A stretch of DNA of 32,000 bases from Blochmannia endosymbiont of Camponotus nipponensis (GCF_009827135.1 NZ_CP046534.1:420001-452000); one strand, 5' to 3'. Numbered from the stretch's first letter, positions 1 to 11,582 are shown. Notes: a model not told the origin generated them from the letters alone. Made by a program: numbers and translations.

Positions 1-681
1 AAAATCGCTTTGTTGATGGATCAACCAGAATATATTTCAAGTTATCGTGAATTTACTACTTGGTCTGCAAGTATTGATGATAATAGAGTTATTGTCTGTT
101 CTACAGGTATAGGTGGGCCATCTACTTCCGTTGTAGTGGAGGAATTGTCTCAATTGGGTATACGTATATTTTTACGTGTAGGCACCGCAGGAGCTATCCA
201 AAAATATATTAAAACAGGTGATTTATTAATTGTTACTGCTGCTGTTCGTTGTGATGGAGCAAGTCAACATTTTGCTCCATTAGAATTTCCGGCGGTAGCA
301 GATTTATCTTGTACTATGGCTTTAATTGAAGCTGCTAAAAAAATTGGTATTAAACCATATTCTGGTGTGACTGTATCTTCAGATACATTTTATCCTGGAC
401 AAGAACGATATGATACATTTTCTGGGCGAGTTATTCAAAAATTAAGTGGTTCTATGGAAGAATGGAAAAAAATGGGAGTTATGAGTTATGAAATGGAGTC
501 TGCAACATTGTTGACTATGTGCTTGACTCAAGGATTACAAGCGGGGGTTGTAACAGGTATCATTATAAATCGTACACAAAAAGAAATTCCTAATGTTTCT
601 TTGATACATCATGCTGAAAATATGGCAATTAGAGTAGTAATAGAAGGAGCTCGTATTCTGATGCATACAAGTAATAAATAA
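1..681 (+). CDS. udp: uridine phosphorylase, 5' end cut by the window edge
   Basis: The frame is open from nt 1 ([10 protein letters not shown]...). The translation carries [50 protein letters not shown] and [14 protein letters not shown]. It is collinear with E. coli Udp from about residue 35 to the C-terminus. TAA at 679-681. Confidence 0.9.
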   Translation, partial: KIALLMDQPEYISSYREFTTWSASIDDNRVIVCSTGIGGPSTSVVVEELSQLGIRIFLRVGTAGAIQKYIKTGDLLIVTAAVRCDGASQHFAPLEFPAVADLSCTMALIEAAKKIGIKPYSGVTVSSDTFYPGQERYDTFSGRVIQKLSGSMEEWKKMGVMSYEMESATLLTMCLTQGLQAGVVTGIIINRTQKEIPNVSLIHHAENMAIRVVIEGARILMHTSNK

Positions 682-956
682 ATATTTTATATAACTGTTA
701 AATATAAGATTTATTATTGTTTGTTATGTTTGTACTTAGTGTTTTATAAAAAATTTTCGATAAACATGTTACTTATTAACAAGTAAAAGCATCTCATACA
801 AAACTCAATATTACTATATTGTCGAAATATAAATTGTTGACGCATGATGTAATTTTTATCTATTTGTATTGCTGAAGTATTAATATGTTACATATATTGA
901 TTGATAAATAATAAATTATCGTAGTTTTTATAAATATATTTTGTGATAGGGAATAT

Positions 957-2501
957 ATGACAGTTACTTTGTTTTGTATATATAATTTTCTTAGCATGTT
1001 GGTAGGTGTCTTAATATCTGGAATATTTTTTAATATTATAGGACAACGTTATATTAAAAAATATAAAAATGACTATACAGCTTATGAACATGCTTTATGT
1101 ATGACGACACAAAATTTAAAAAATGAATCTACTTTACGTTATAATATTGAACAAAAATTACAAAATGAATTACAGATAGTATATGAACTACACGGCAAAT
1201 TGTCTACTGCTGAAGAACGTTTAAAATTATTAGATCATTATCATCAGAAATGTGAGCAATTAAATCATGAATTACGCTTACAATTAAATTTAAATCATAC
1301 TCAAGAATTAAAATTGCAGGAATTAAATATTCGTTTAGAAGAATATAAATTAGCAATAGAAGAGAAACAAAAGTTGTTTATTGATAGTGAAAATCGATTA
1401 ACTATGCAATTTGAAAATTTGGCAAATCGTATTTTTGAGCAAAATGGATGTAAGGTAGATCAACAAAATCGAATTACTCTTGACAGGATGTTACATCCAT
1501 TAAAAGAGCAGTTAGAAGGTTTTAAAAGTCAAATGGAAAACGGTTTTGCAAAAGAAGAGGAATCTAGGAATATTCTAACTTATGAAATTCGTAATTTACA
1601 TCAACTGAATGCAAAAATAACTCAAGAAACCATTAATTTAACACAAGCATTAAAGGGCAATAACAAAACACAAGGCGGTTGGGGAGAAGTGATTTTAACT
1701 CGCGCGTTAGAAGCTTCTGGTATGCGTGAAGGTTATGAGTTTCATGTACAAGTTAGCATAAAACAAAAAGATGGACATAGATTACAACCTGATGTAATCA
1801 TACATTTACCTCATGGTAAAGATGTAATTATTGATTCTAAAGTATCTTTAATAGCTTATGAACGTTATTTTAATAGCGATAATGAGGAAGATCGACGGTT
1901 AGCTATTATTGATCACGTGCATTCATTGCGCTCTCATATAAAATCATTAAGTAAAAAAGATTATCAAAAATTATTTGGATTAAATACATTAGATTATATT
2001 TTGATGTTTGTTCCTATTGAATCAGCTTTTATGTTAGCTATTAAAAAGGAAATATCATTGTTAACAGATGCTATGCGATATAATATTATGTTAATTAGTC
2101 CTACAACGTTGTTAATAGCGTTACGTACTATTAACAACTTGTGGCGTTATGAAAATCAAAATTGTCATGCTAAAAAAATTGCTGATAAGGCAGGGCGATT
2201 GTATGATAAATTACGGTTGTTTATGGATGATTTAAATAAAATTGGGTTCTATTTGAATAAAGCAGAAGTTATTTATAGTGCAGCAAGAAATAAATTTTCT
2301 GAAGGAAAAGGAAATATTATAAGTCAAGTAGAAGGTTTTCGAACACTTGGGGTACAAATAAAACAACCAATTGGTACTAGTTCGATGACGTCGAATTCTT
2401 TGGTTGTATATGATGAAAATAATAGTTCTTCTAATTCATCTAATTGTGAAGATAGTGTTACTCACAATATATGTCATGACACTTTAAAAAAAATTTTATA
2501 A
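957..2501 (+). CDS. rmuC: DNA recombination protein RmuC
   Basis: 514-aa ORF with an N-terminal hydrophobic helix and a long coiled-coil-like region. RmuC core motifs are present: FENLANRIFE, NLTQALKGNNKTQGGWGE, LQPDVIIHLP, DYILMFVPIESAF and ISPTTLLIALRTINNLWRYE. AGGGA lies about 6 nt before the ATG. The udp-rmuC-ubiE order matches E. coli. Confidence 0.9.
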   Translation: MTVTLFCIYNFLSMLVGVLISGIFFNIIGQRYIKKYKNDYTAYEHALCMTTQNLKNESTLRYNIEQKLQNELQIVYELHGKLSTAEERLKLLDHYHQKCEQLNHELRLQLNLNHTQELKLQELNIRLEEYKLAIEEKQKLFIDSENRLTMQFENLANRIFEQNGCKVDQQNRITLDRMLHPLKEQLEGFKSQMENGFAKEEESRNILTYEIRNLHQLNAKITQETINLTQALKGNNKTQGGWGEVILTRALEASGMREGYEFHVQVSIKQKDGHRLQPDVIIHLPHGKDVIIDSKVSLIAYERYFNSDNEEDRRLAIIDHVHSLRSHIKSLSKKDYQKLFGLNTLDYILMFVPIESAFMLAIKKEISLLTDAMRYNIMLISPTTLLIALRTINNLWRYENQNCHAKKIADKAGRLYDKLRLFMDDLNKIGFYLNKAEVIYSAARNKFSEGKGNIISQVEGFRTLGVQIKQPIGTSSMTSNSLVVYDENNSSSNSSNCEDSVTHNICHDTLKKIL

Positions 2502-2604
2502 AGTACATTAAAAATATATAAATTAATAAAATAAAAATACTATTTTTACCAAGTTTAATCTATTTACTTGTTAAAGAGATTACGGTAAATATCATGATAA
2601 TCAT

Positions 2605-3369
2605 ATGAATATGCATAATAAAGATGAAGATGATATCACTCATTTTGGTTTTCAAAATGTTTATAAATGTGAAAAAACATCGTTGGTATCTAATATATTT
2701 CGTCTTGTAGCATCAAAGTATGATTTAATGAATGATTTAATGTCATTTGGTATACATAGAGTATGGAAGCGATGTATGGTTTATCACAGTGGGGTGTATG
2801 TTGGATGTAAGGTGCTGGATTTGGCTGGAGGTACTGGAGATTTAAGTATTCAATTTTCCCGATTAGTAGGCGATACAGGAATTGTGGTACTAGTAGATAT
2901 TAATGATTCAATGTTACATATAGGACGAAAAAAAATACGTAATTTAGGTATAATTAATAATGTTATATATATACAAGCGGATGCTGAATTTTTACCTTTT
3001 CCTGAAAATACTTTTGATTGTGTTGCTGTTTCTTTTGGTTTACGAAATTTTACAAATAAAGAGCAAGCATTATTTTCAATACATAGAGTGCTAAAATCTA
3101 GAGGAAAATTGTTAATTTTAGATTTTGGGGTTCCTACCTTTAAATTACTGAATATAATATATGATTTATATTCATTTCATATTTTACCTAAAATGGGTGA
3201 ATGTATAGCGAAAGATACCAATAGTTATCGTTATCTTGTGGAATCTATTCGTATGCATCCAGATCAAGAAACCTTGAAGGATATGATAATACAAATAGGA
3301 TTTAAGAACGTTAAATATTTTAATATGACTGGTGGTATTGCTGTGTTACATTGTGCGTATAAATATTAA
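2605..3369 (+). CDS. ubiE: ubiquinone/menaquinone C-methyltransferase UbiE
   Basis: 254-aa ORF with [24 protein letters not shown], the SAM-binding [15 protein letters not shown] and [15 protein letters not shown]. It is collinear with E. coli UbiE (251 aa). Confidence 0.93.
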   Translation: MNMHNKDEDDITHFGFQNVYKCEKTSLVSNIFRLVASKYDLMNDLMSFGIHRVWKRCMVYHSGVYVGCKVLDLAGGTGDLSIQFSRLVGDTGIVVLVDINDSMLHIGRKKIRNLGIINNVIYIQADAEFLPFPENTFDCVAVSFGLRNFTNKEQALFSIHRVLKSRGKLLILDFGVPTFKLLNIIYDLYSFHILPKMGECIAKDTNSYRYLVESIRMHPDQETLKDMIIQIGFKNVKYFNMTGGIAVLHCAYKY

Positions 3370-3944
3370 AATAAAAATATTTGCGTTACGTGAATTATTG
3401 AAACATTATATTTAATAATATTTGTGATCGTTATCAGGATTATTGAATTATTTATTAGCCTTTTATTCAGAAATATTATAATTTTAAGTTTAAAAAGCTA
3501 ATATATATAACTATATGTATTTGAGTGTTTAAAAAAAAATTACTTTGTATAATATATATATTGTAATATGACATGTTTATTTAAATCAATAAAAGACCGT
3601 ATTATAGTACAATATATCAAATATATTTGTTTTACATAATTAGTGCTAATATAGAATTAGTAAAAAATGTGATCGAGTAGTTTATATGATATCTGACTTA
3701 ACATTATTGATCTTTGATGTCTTTTTCTTGACTGTATCGTACTAGAAATATTCAATAGTATAATTTAATAATTTTTAATTTCCTGTTATAGAAATGATAC
3801 ATTTGATAATGTCTAATTTAACTATATTCTATAAAATAACGTATTTCAAATTTATTAGAGTTATAATAATTTATAGAAAAATATGACATTTGAATATAAA
3901 ATTACAATATTTATCTGATATTCAAATGAATTATAGGAAATCTA

Positions 3945-5585
3945 ATGATTGTTGATGAACTATATCGACTGTATTCCATAATTAAAACAATATTAAATTA
4001 TGGATTAAGTGATTTTGTCCCTACTCATCGATTAATTTTTCCACTGAGAATAGGCAGCAGATTTTTTTTACGTATTTTAAATAAGCATTCTCAATTAACT
4101 TTAGGAGAACGATTTCGTTTAGCATTACAAGAATTAGGTCCAGTTTGGATTAAATTTGGTCAAATGCTTTCTACGCGTCGTGATATATTTACAGATTCTG
4201 TTGCAGATCAGTTAGCAATACTGCAAGATCGTGTGGCACCTTTTGATGGATTTATTGCTAAAAAGTATATAGAGCATGCCATTGGTAATACATTAGAAAC
4301 ATGGTTTAAAGATTTTCAAGAAGTGCCATTAGCATCTGCATCTATTTCGCAAGTACATTCTGCTAGATTAAAAAAAAACAACAAAGATATAGTAATAAAA
4401 GTGATTCGTCCAGGTCTTTTGTCTATTATTAAATTGGATATATCTTTAATGTATAGATTAGCTCATTGGATTTATAAATTTTTACCAGAAGGACGAAGAT
4501 TTAAATTTTCAGAAGTTGTTGCAGAATATGAAAAAAATCTTTTTGATGAACTTAATTTGATGAAAGAAACAGCTAATACTATTCAATTAAGAAGAAATTT
4601 TGAAAAAAGTAAGATACTATATATACCAAAAGTGTATGTAGATTTTTGTAGTGAAAATGTTATGGTTATGGAGCGTGTTTATGGCATACCTGTATATGAT
4701 ATAGTTGCATTAAAAAAGCAAAAAATTAATATGAAATTGTTAGCAGAACGCGGAATAGAGGTTTTTTTTACTCAAGTTTTTAGAGATAGTTTTTTTCATG
4801 GAGATATGCATCCTGGTAATATATTTATTAGTTATAAATATCCAGAGGATCCAAAATATATTACCGTTGATTGTGGTATTGTTGGTTCGTTAAATAAAAA
4901 AGATAAATATTATTTAGCAGCAAATTTTATCGCATTTTTCAATCGTGATTATAGAAAAATTGCTGAATTACATCTTGATTCAGGTTGGATACCTATGGAT
5001 ACTAATGTAGAAGATTTTGAATGTGCTATGAGAACAGTATTTGAGCCTATTTTTGAACAACCATTAGAAAACATTCCTTTTAGCAAAATATTGCTGTATT
5101 TATTTAATACTGCACGATATTTCAATATGGAAATACAACCTCAATTAATTTTATTGCAAAAAACTTTGTTATATGTTGAAGGAATAGTTAGGCAATTGTA
5201 TCCTAATTTAAATATTTGGAAGTCTGTCAGACCTTTTTTGGAAAGATGGATGCAGGATCAGTTAAAATTTTCAACGGCAATATGTGCCCTAAAAGATAAA
5301 ATACCTTATTGGGTAGGTAAAATACCAGAATTATCTACTGCATTATCCAATGAATTTAAACATTCTTGTATATTACAGAAAAAAATAGAAATTTTAATAA
5401 CAGAATTGAGAATACAGCGTACTAATCACAGCCAAGCGTTATTTTTGTTTGGTATTGGAGCAACTTTAGTGATTAGTAGTATTTTTTTATATGTACAGGA
5501 TAAATATTTAAAAATTTTTTCTGTTTTTTTATTTGTAATTGGGATTTACATTTGGACAATAGGATGGAAGCGTATTATGCAATAA
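3945..5585 (+). CDS. ubiB: ubiquinone biosynthesis protein UbiB (ABC1/kinase-like)
   Basis: 546-aa ORF, the same length as E. coli UbiB. It has [56 protein letters not shown] and two C-terminal hydrophobic helices. Confidence 0.93.
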   Translation: MIVDELYRLYSIIKTILNYGLSDFVPTHRLIFPLRIGSRFFLRILNKHSQLTLGERFRLALQELGPVWIKFGQMLSTRRDIFTDSVADQLAILQDRVAPFDGFIAKKYIEHAIGNTLETWFKDFQEVPLASASISQVHSARLKKNNKDIVIKVIRPGLLSIIKLDISLMYRLAHWIYKFLPEGRRFKFSEVVAEYEKNLFDELNLMKETANTIQLRRNFEKSKILYIPKVYVDFCSENVMVMERVYGIPVYDIVALKKQKINMKLLAERGIEVFFTQVFRDSFFHGDMHPGNIFISYKYPEDPKYITVDCGIVGSLNKKDKYYLAANFIAFFNRDYRKIAELHLDSGWIPMDTNVEDFECAMRTVFEPIFEQPLENIPFSKILLYLFNTARYFNMEIQPQLILLQKTLLYVEGIVRQLYPNLNIWKSVRPFLERWMQDQLKFSTAICALKDKIPYWVGKIPELSTALSNEFKHSCILQKKIEILITELRIQRTNHSQALFLFGIGATLVISSIFLYVQDKYLKIFSVFLFVIGIYIWTIGWKRIMQ

Positions 5586-5833
5586 TATAATTATAATTAT
5601 CAATAATTGTAGTAATTTTATTTATAATTACAGATCATTCAAATAATTTAAAGAAAAGTTATGTATGCAGTGAATTTATTCACAACAGAATCTGATAATT
5701 GATGTGATTATTAAGTATGAAATTATACTAAATTTAAACATAAAATATAGATATTTGTGATCTTGTACTGATTATAATAGAAGTAAGTCAAATTATTTAA
5801 TTATAAAAACAGTTTAATATTTATTTAAATTTT

Positions 5834-7321
5834 ATGAAATATAAAGATTTGCGTGATTTTATTAAAATTTTGGAACACAGAGGCGAATTGAAAAGAATTT
5901 CTTTTCCTATTAATCCTGATTTAGAGATAACAGAAATTGCCGATCGTACTGTTAAATCTGAAGGGCCAGCACTTTTTTTTGAAAATCCTAAAGGATATAC
6001 AATACCTGTTTTGTGTAATTTGTTTGGTACCTTTAGTAGAATAGCTTTAGGCATGGGAAAAGAAAGTATTCTATCGTTGCGTGATGTTGGAAAATTGCTT
6101 GCTTTTTTAAGAGAACCTGAACTTCCAACAGGAATACGTGATTTTTTTTCTAAAATTCCTCATTTCCGTAATATTCTACATATGCCTATTAAGCGTGTTA
6201 GCACGGCTCCGTGCCAAGAAAATGTTTGGTGCAATAGAGATGTGGATATTACGCATATGCCAATAATGCGTTGTTGGCCTAAAGATGTATCTCCTGTAAT
6301 CACTTGGGGTATTACAATTACTCGTGGTCTAAGAAGTAAACGACAAAATCTTGGAATTTATAGGCAACAAGTATTATCTAAAAATAAAATTATTATAAGA
6401 TGGTTATCTCATCGTGGTGGGGCATTAGATTTTCAAGAATGGTGTAAAAATACTTCAGAAAGAAGATTTCCTGTTGCCGTAGCATTGGGCTCTGATCCAG
6501 CTACTTTAATAGGAGCAGTAGTCCCTATTCCTGATACATTATCAGAATACGCTTTTTCTGGCTTATTAAGAGGTTGTAAAACTGAAGTCATCAAATGTAT
6601 TTCGTGTGACTTAGATGTTCCAGCTAATTCTGAGATTATATTGGAGGGATATTTAGAGCGAGGTGAAACAGCGTTAGAGGGTCCTTTTGGAGATCATACA
6701 GGGTATTATAATACTACTGATCAATTTCCAGTCTGCACTATTACCCATATTACTCAAAGAAATAATCCAATTTATCATTCTACATATACTGGTCGCCCGC
6801 CAGATGAGCCTGCAATTCTTGGGATGGCAATGAATGAAGTATTTATTCCTATTATACAAAAACAATTTCCAGAAATTATAGATTTTTATTTACCTCCTGA
6901 AGGTTGTTCATACAGATTAGCTATTGTAACTATAAAGAAACAATATGTTGGGCATGCTAAACGTATAATTTTTGGAATATGGTCTTTCTTGAAACAATTT
7001 ATGTATACTAAATTTATTATTGTATGTGACGATGATATTAATGCGCGGGATTGGAATGATGTAGTATGGGCTATAACTACACGTATGGATCCTGATCGGG
7101 ATACTATAATAGTAAAGAACACTCCAATTGATTATCTTGATTTTTCTAGTCCAATATCTGGATTAGGCTCTAAAATAGCTATGGATGCAACAAATAAATG
7201 GCTTGGAGAAACTGAAAGAGAATGGGGTATGCCAATTCACATGCATGATACAGTACGTCGTTATATTGATAGTATTTGGGAGAAGTTAGATATATTTCAT
7301 AATAAAAATAATGATAATTAA
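5834..7321 (+). CDS. ubiD: 3-octaprenyl-4-hydroxybenzoate decarboxylase UbiD
   Basis: 495-aa ORF, collinear with E. coli UbiD (497 aa). Motifs: [53 protein letters not shown] and [12 protein letters not shown]. Confidence 0.93.
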   Translation: MKYKDLRDFIKILEHRGELKRISFPINPDLEITEIADRTVKSEGPALFFENPKGYTIPVLCNLFGTFSRIALGMGKESILSLRDVGKLLAFLREPELPTGIRDFFSKIPHFRNILHMPIKRVSTAPCQENVWCNRDVDITHMPIMRCWPKDVSPVITWGITITRGLRSKRQNLGIYRQQVLSKNKIIIRWLSHRGGALDFQEWCKNTSERRFPVAVALGSDPATLIGAVVPIPDTLSEYAFSGLLRGCKTEVIKCISCDLDVPANSEIILEGYLERGETALEGPFGDHTGYYNTTDQFPVCTITHITQRNNPIYHSTYTGRPPDEPAILGMAMNEVFIPIIQKQFPEIIDFYLPPEGCSYRLAIVTIKKQYVGHAKRIIFGIWSFLKQFMYTKFIIVCDDDINARDWNDVVWAITTRMDPDRDTIIVKNTPIDYLDFSSPISGLGSKIAMDATNKWLGETEREWGMPIHMHDTVRRYIDSIWEKLDIFHNKNNDN

Positions 7322-7904
7322 ATAAATTCAATATTATTTTTAGTTACATAGTGATATTTACAATTTTTAGTGATAATAAGAAAATAAAAAGGTATATTGT
7401 AATTATACAAAAAATACTATATGTATTATTCTTGCCATTAAATATGAATGTGTGTGCGGGGATTTTTTATTGTATAAAGGTATAGATATTTATTATTTTT
7501 AATGATAAATGTAATGCATAAAAGTAATTTTTTGTTTATTGGTATATTTTATAAAATATCTACATATATTAGATGTGTTCTAATTTTAAAATTTTAATAT
7601 AAAAACGAATTGTTCGATAATATTATATTGTCATGAAAAAATATTTTTGCATGACGTTAATCTTGAATAGATCAAATTATTTATATTTATTAAGTATCTG
7701 CTTACTATAGTAAAGCATGTGTTTGTTAACTTGTAATAACCACACCCATTTATATTCTTCTTACATAAGAACATGTATCATAGTTAAAATTAATATAAAT
7801 AATTAAATTAACATTATTCTAAATTAGAATAGTATTCTATTTGTAAAAATTAAAATAGTTCGTATGTTCATATAAAATATTCAGGTGGTTATTGGGAGAG
7901 AGGT

Positions 7905-8537
7905 ATGAAAAGATTACATCTTATTGTGATAGTAATTGCTTTTATATTTTTATCATGTGATAGCATTTCATCTTCAATTATCGAAGGGAGACAATATATT
8001 CGTCTAAATAAGACTATTCATAATGCTCCTCAATTGCTAGAATTTTTTTCTTTTTATTGTCCACATTGCTATCAGTTTGAGCAAATTTATCACATTTCCA
8101 ATAATATAGCACAAACATTACCTAAAAATATAAGTTTTTATAAATATCATGTTAATTTTTTAGGTAATTTAGGAAAACAGTTGACGCACGCTTGGGCTGT
8201 AGCAATAGCATTAGGAATAGAAAATAGAATTAGTCCTATATTATTCATAGCGATACAGCAACAGCAATCTATTCATACTGTGGAGGATATTCGAAAAATA
8301 TTTATTAAATCTGGTGTTGATGCAGAAGAGTTTGATGCTACTTGGAATAGTGTTTTAGTGAAATCTTTAGTGTTAGATCAAGAACAAGCAGCAATAAATT
8401 TTCATTTGAAAGGAGTGCCTTCAATATTTGTTAATGGGAAATATATGGTAAAAAATGAAAAATTGGATGTATCATCAGTGAATGCTTATATTAAACAGTT
8501 TTGCGAGTTGTTAAATTTACTCATAGACAAAGCATAA
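7905..8537 (+). CDS. dsbA: periplasmic thiol:disulfide oxidoreductase DsbA
   Basis: 210-aa ORF with an N-terminal signal-like hydrophobic segment. The thioredoxin active site is FSFYCPHCYQFE (CPHC), followed by GVPSIFVNGKY. A purine-rich GGGAGAGAGG run lies just before the ATG. Its position upstream of polA matches E. coli. Confidence 0.86.
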   Translation: MKRLHLIVIVIAFIFLSCDSISSSIIEGRQYIRLNKTIHNAPQLLEFFSFYCPHCYQFEQIYHISNNIAQTLPKNISFYKYHVNFLGNLGKQLTHAWAVAIALGIENRISPILFIAIQQQQSIHTVEDIRKIFIKSGVDAEEFDATWNSVLVKSLVLDQEQAAINFHLKGVPSIFVNGKYMVKNEKLDVSSVNAYIKQFCELLNLLIDKA

Positions 8538-8632
8538 TATGTATATACCTAATATAACAATGATGTTGTGAGGTGTTGTATATTGTGTTTTATTGGTAAG
8601 TTAACAAAAGTTATTTTGTATACTATATTTAT

Positions 8633-8656
8633 AGTTATTTTGCTTTTAAAATAACT
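8633..8656 (+). terminator. candidate intrinsic terminator after dsbA (weak, AT-rich)
   Basis: A 9-bp perfect stem (agttatttt 8633-8641 / aaaataact 8648-8656) with a 6-nt loop, followed by T-rich tcgtttgattttatcatttt. It lies about 95 nt after the dsbA stop. Such hairpins are common by chance in AT-rich DNA. Confidence 0.25.
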
Positions 8657-8777
8657 TCGTTTGATTTTATCATTTTCTTGTTTATAATATAGTATTATAG
8701 TTAATAGTCTTATTAAGCAAGTATCTAATATTCTTTTACCTTTTCTGTAAGATTACATCATTATATAAAATGTCATT

Positions 8778-11582
8778 ATGATCGCAGTTATAAACAGTCC
8801 GATAATTTTAGTAGATGCTTCTTGTTATATATACCGCGCGTATTATGCATTTCCACCATTGATTACTAGTAACGGAACGCCAGTATGGGTGATATATGGG
8901 GTAATTAATATGATAAGAAGTTTATTAATACGATATCAACCTACTCATATGGCAGTTGTTTTTGATGCACCAGGAAAAACATTTCGTGATAATCTATTTG
9001 AAAAGTATAAGGCTAATCGTTTTAAGACTCCTGAAGATTTGTATATTCAAATTGGTCCATTATGCGAAATAATAGAAGCGATGGGATTACCAATACTCAG
9101 AGTACCTGATGTAGAAGCGGATGATGTAATAGGTACATTAGCTATATCTTGTGCGCGATCAGGTAATTCTGTGCTAATTAGTACGGGAGATAAAGACATG
9201 GCCCAAATAGTATCATCTCAGATCACTCTTCTCAATACTATGTCGAATATTATTTTCACTCCTAAAGAAATAGAAAAAAAGTTTGGAGTACCACCAACTC
9301 TGATGGCTGATTATTTGGCATTAATAGGGGATCGTTCTGATAACATTCCTGGTGTTCCTGGAGTGGGCAAAAAAACGGCTCAATTATTATTAAATAAAAT
9401 AGGTAATTTAAAGGTATTATATGACCATTTAGATAAAATTAGCACATTGGGTTTACGTGGTGCTAGAGCGATACAAAATGCATTACAGGTCAATAAAGAA
9501 ATAGCATTTCTTTCGTATAAATTGACAACAATTAAAACAGATATATCTTTAAATATATTTGATTATCAATTGTTAATACAACAAGAAAATATTAATGTTT
9601 TGTCATTGTTATTTACACAGTATGAATTTAAAAATTGGTTAATAGATTTAAAATTAGGGAAGTGGTTAGATAAATATCGATTTTTAAAGAATATGCCATC
9701 AAATCAATGGTTTCATAATATGTCTTTGTGCAAAAAAAATAACTTACTATCAGATTATTCTGGAGAAAAAAAAATTGTTAAGATAATACATAATGCTGAA
9801 ATGTTATATCATTGGGTTAATAAAATTAATATAGCTAAGTTTTTTATATTCAGTATATATACAGATATATTTAATGTTGCTACAGCTAATATAGTAGGTA
9901 TATGTTTATCTATTGATACTAAAGAAAGCGCATATATTCCTATAAAAAATAATTCAATTAATAATCATCAGAGTTTTTTGTGTCTTGAAGAAATATTATC
10001 AACTTTACGGCCAGTTTTAGAAAATTCAAAAATAAAAAAAGTTGGTCAACATTTAAAGTTTAGTTATGCCATCTTTAGGCGTTATAACATTAATTTAGTG
10101 GGTATGGCATATGATGTTATATTGGAATTATATATACTGTATGGCACTGTTAATTGTCAAGATATAAAAAAATTTTTGGATAAGGATACATTTGATGCTG
10201 TTACAAATTTTAAAAAAAACTATGATAGTTATAACGAAAATAATGCAATATTAGATGTACAGAACATGCAAATACAATCCTTACATGCTGCTAAATTTGT
10301 TATGTCCTTATTTAATCTGCATCATGCTTTATGGTCAAAAATAGAAGCAAATAATAAATTAAAAAAAATTTTTGAAGAAATAGAGATGCCTTTAATATCT
10401 ATTTTATCTCGTATTGAAAGTTATGGTGTTTTAATTGATAAAAAATTACTTAATGCTCATGCGGTAGAATTAGATTATAGGCTTAATGCATTAGAGCTAG
10501 AAGCATACCGATTAGTAGGCGCTCCTTTTAATCTTGATTCAATTAAACAGTTACAAGAAATATTGTATAATAAACAAAAATTGCCAATTTTAAAAAAAAC
10601 ACCTAGCGGTGCTCCTTCAACTAATGAAGAGGTATTGAAGAAATTAGCAAAAAAATATCCAATACCAAAAATACTATTACAGTATCGTAGTTTAGCTAAA
10701 TTAAAATCAACTTATACTAATAAATTGATCTCTATGATTAATACACAATCGAATAGAGTGCATACTTCATATAATCAAACTAGGACTTCTACAGGGCGTC
10801 TTTCTTCTACTAATCCTAATTTACAAAATATTCCCAATAGAAATCATGATGGGAGAAAAATACGTCAGGCTTTTATTGCTCCAGCAGATTTTTTAATTGT
10901 AGCAGCAGATTATTCACAGATAGAGCTAAGAATTATGGCGCATCTTTCTCAAGATATCAAATTAATTAATGATTTTCTTTCTGAAAAAGATGTTCATACT
11001 GCAACAGCTTCTGAAATATTTGTTACCGCATTACATTTGGTTACTGATGAACAAAGGCAACAAGCTAAAACTATTAATTTTGGATTAATTTATGGAATGA
11101 GCGCATTTGGATTAGCACGTCAATTATCGGTAACATGTAAGGAAGCTCAAAATTATGTAAATCGTTATTTTAAGCGTTATCCTGGTATTATGCAATATAT
11201 GCAATATATTCGAGAACATGTTAATAAGCATGGTTATGTGTCTACATTAGATGGACGGAAGCTATATTTGCCAGATATTTATTCTACTAATATTTTGCGA
11301 AAAAAAAGCGCTGAAAGAGCAGCGATTAATGCACCTATGCAAGGAAGCGCTGCTGATATTATTAAAAAAGCAATGATATCCGTTGATAATTGGTTACAAA
11401 GAGATGCAATTCCAGCGCGTATAATTATGCAAGTACATGACGAATTAGTATTTGAAGTACATCATGATATTGTAAATTCTGTTGTAAAACAAATAAAAAA
11501 ATTAATGGAGGAATGTTTTATTATAGATGTACCACTAAAGGTAGATATTGGCGTTGGGAAAAATTGGGAGCAAGCACATTAA
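8778..11582 (+). CDS. polA: DNA polymerase I (5' nuclease and polymerase motifs intact; 3'-5' exonuclease site degenerate)
   Basis: 934-aa ORF, collinear with E. coli PolA (928 aa). 5'-nuclease motifs: VVFDAPGKTFRD, EADDVIGTLA, STGDKDMAQ and GDRSDNIPGVPGVGKKTA. Polymerase motifs: A DYSQIELRIMAHLS, B AKTINFGLIYGMSAFGL and C QVHDELVFEV. Confidence 0.95.
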   Translation: MIAVINSPIILVDASCYIYRAYYAFPPLITSNGTPVWVIYGVINMIRSLLIRYQPTHMAVVFDAPGKTFRDNLFEKYKANRFKTPEDLYIQIGPLCEIIEAMGLPILRVPDVEADDVIGTLAISCARSGNSVLISTGDKDMAQIVSSQITLLNTMSNIIFTPKEIEKKFGVPPTLMADYLALIGDRSDNIPGVPGVGKKTAQLLLNKIGNLKVLYDHLDKISTLGLRGARAIQNALQVNKEIAFLSYKLTTIKTDISLNIFDYQLLIQQENINVLSLLFTQYEFKNWLIDLKLGKWLDKYRFLKNMPSNQWFHNMSLCKKNNLLSDYSGEKKIVKIIHNAEMLYHWVNKINIAKFFIFSIYTDIFNVATANIVGICLSIDTKESAYIPIKNNSINNHQSFLCLEEILSTLRPVLENSKIKKVGQHLKFSYAIFRRYNINLVGMAYDVILELYILYGTVNCQDIKKFLDKDTFDAVTNFKKNYDSYNENNAILDVQNMQIQSLHAAKFVMSLFNLHHALWSKIEANNKLKKIFEEIEMPLISILSRIESYGVLIDKKLLNAHAVELDYRLNALELEAYRLVGAPFNLDSIKQLQEILYNKQKLPILKKTPSGAPSTNEEVLKKLAKKYPIPKILLQYRSLAKLKSTYTNKLISMINTQSNRVHTSYNQTRTSTGRLSSTNPNLQNIPNRNHDGRKIRQAFIAPADFLIVAADYSQIELRIMAHLSQDIKLINDFLSEKDVHTATASEIFVTALHLVTDEQRQQAKTINFGLIYGMSAFGLARQLSVTCKEAQNYVNRYFKRYPGIMQYMQYIREHVNKHGYVSTLDGRKLYLPDIYSTNILRKKSAERAAINAPMQGSAADIIKKAMISVDNWLQRDAIPARIIMQVHDELVFEVHHDIVNSVVKQIKKLMEECFIIDVPLKVDIGVGKNWEQAH

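Noticed and set aside
5821-6054. 77-aa ORF on the minus strand overlapping the ubiD start
   Set aside because: It is antisense to a strongly conserved UbiD N-terminus, has no recognisable homology and has low-complexity composition. This is a typical shadow ORF of A/T-rich coding DNA.
6674-7122. Two minus-strand ORFs (63 aa and 78 aa) inside ubiD
   Set aside because: Both lie entirely within the conserved UbiD coding frame on the opposite strand. No motifs and no SD.
7505-7519. 15-nt direct repeat ataaatgtaatgcat shared with 12518-12532
   Set aside because: A single 15-mer match among about 5e8 position pairs in A/T-biased DNA is expected by chance. The flanks do not extend the match.
7816-7839. 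attctaa-a-ttagaat palindrome plus a third attcta half-site about 75 nt upstream of dsbA
   Set aside because: It looks operator-like, but the arms are only 7 bp in A/T-rich DNA and no cognate regulator is evident. I cannot distinguish it from chance.
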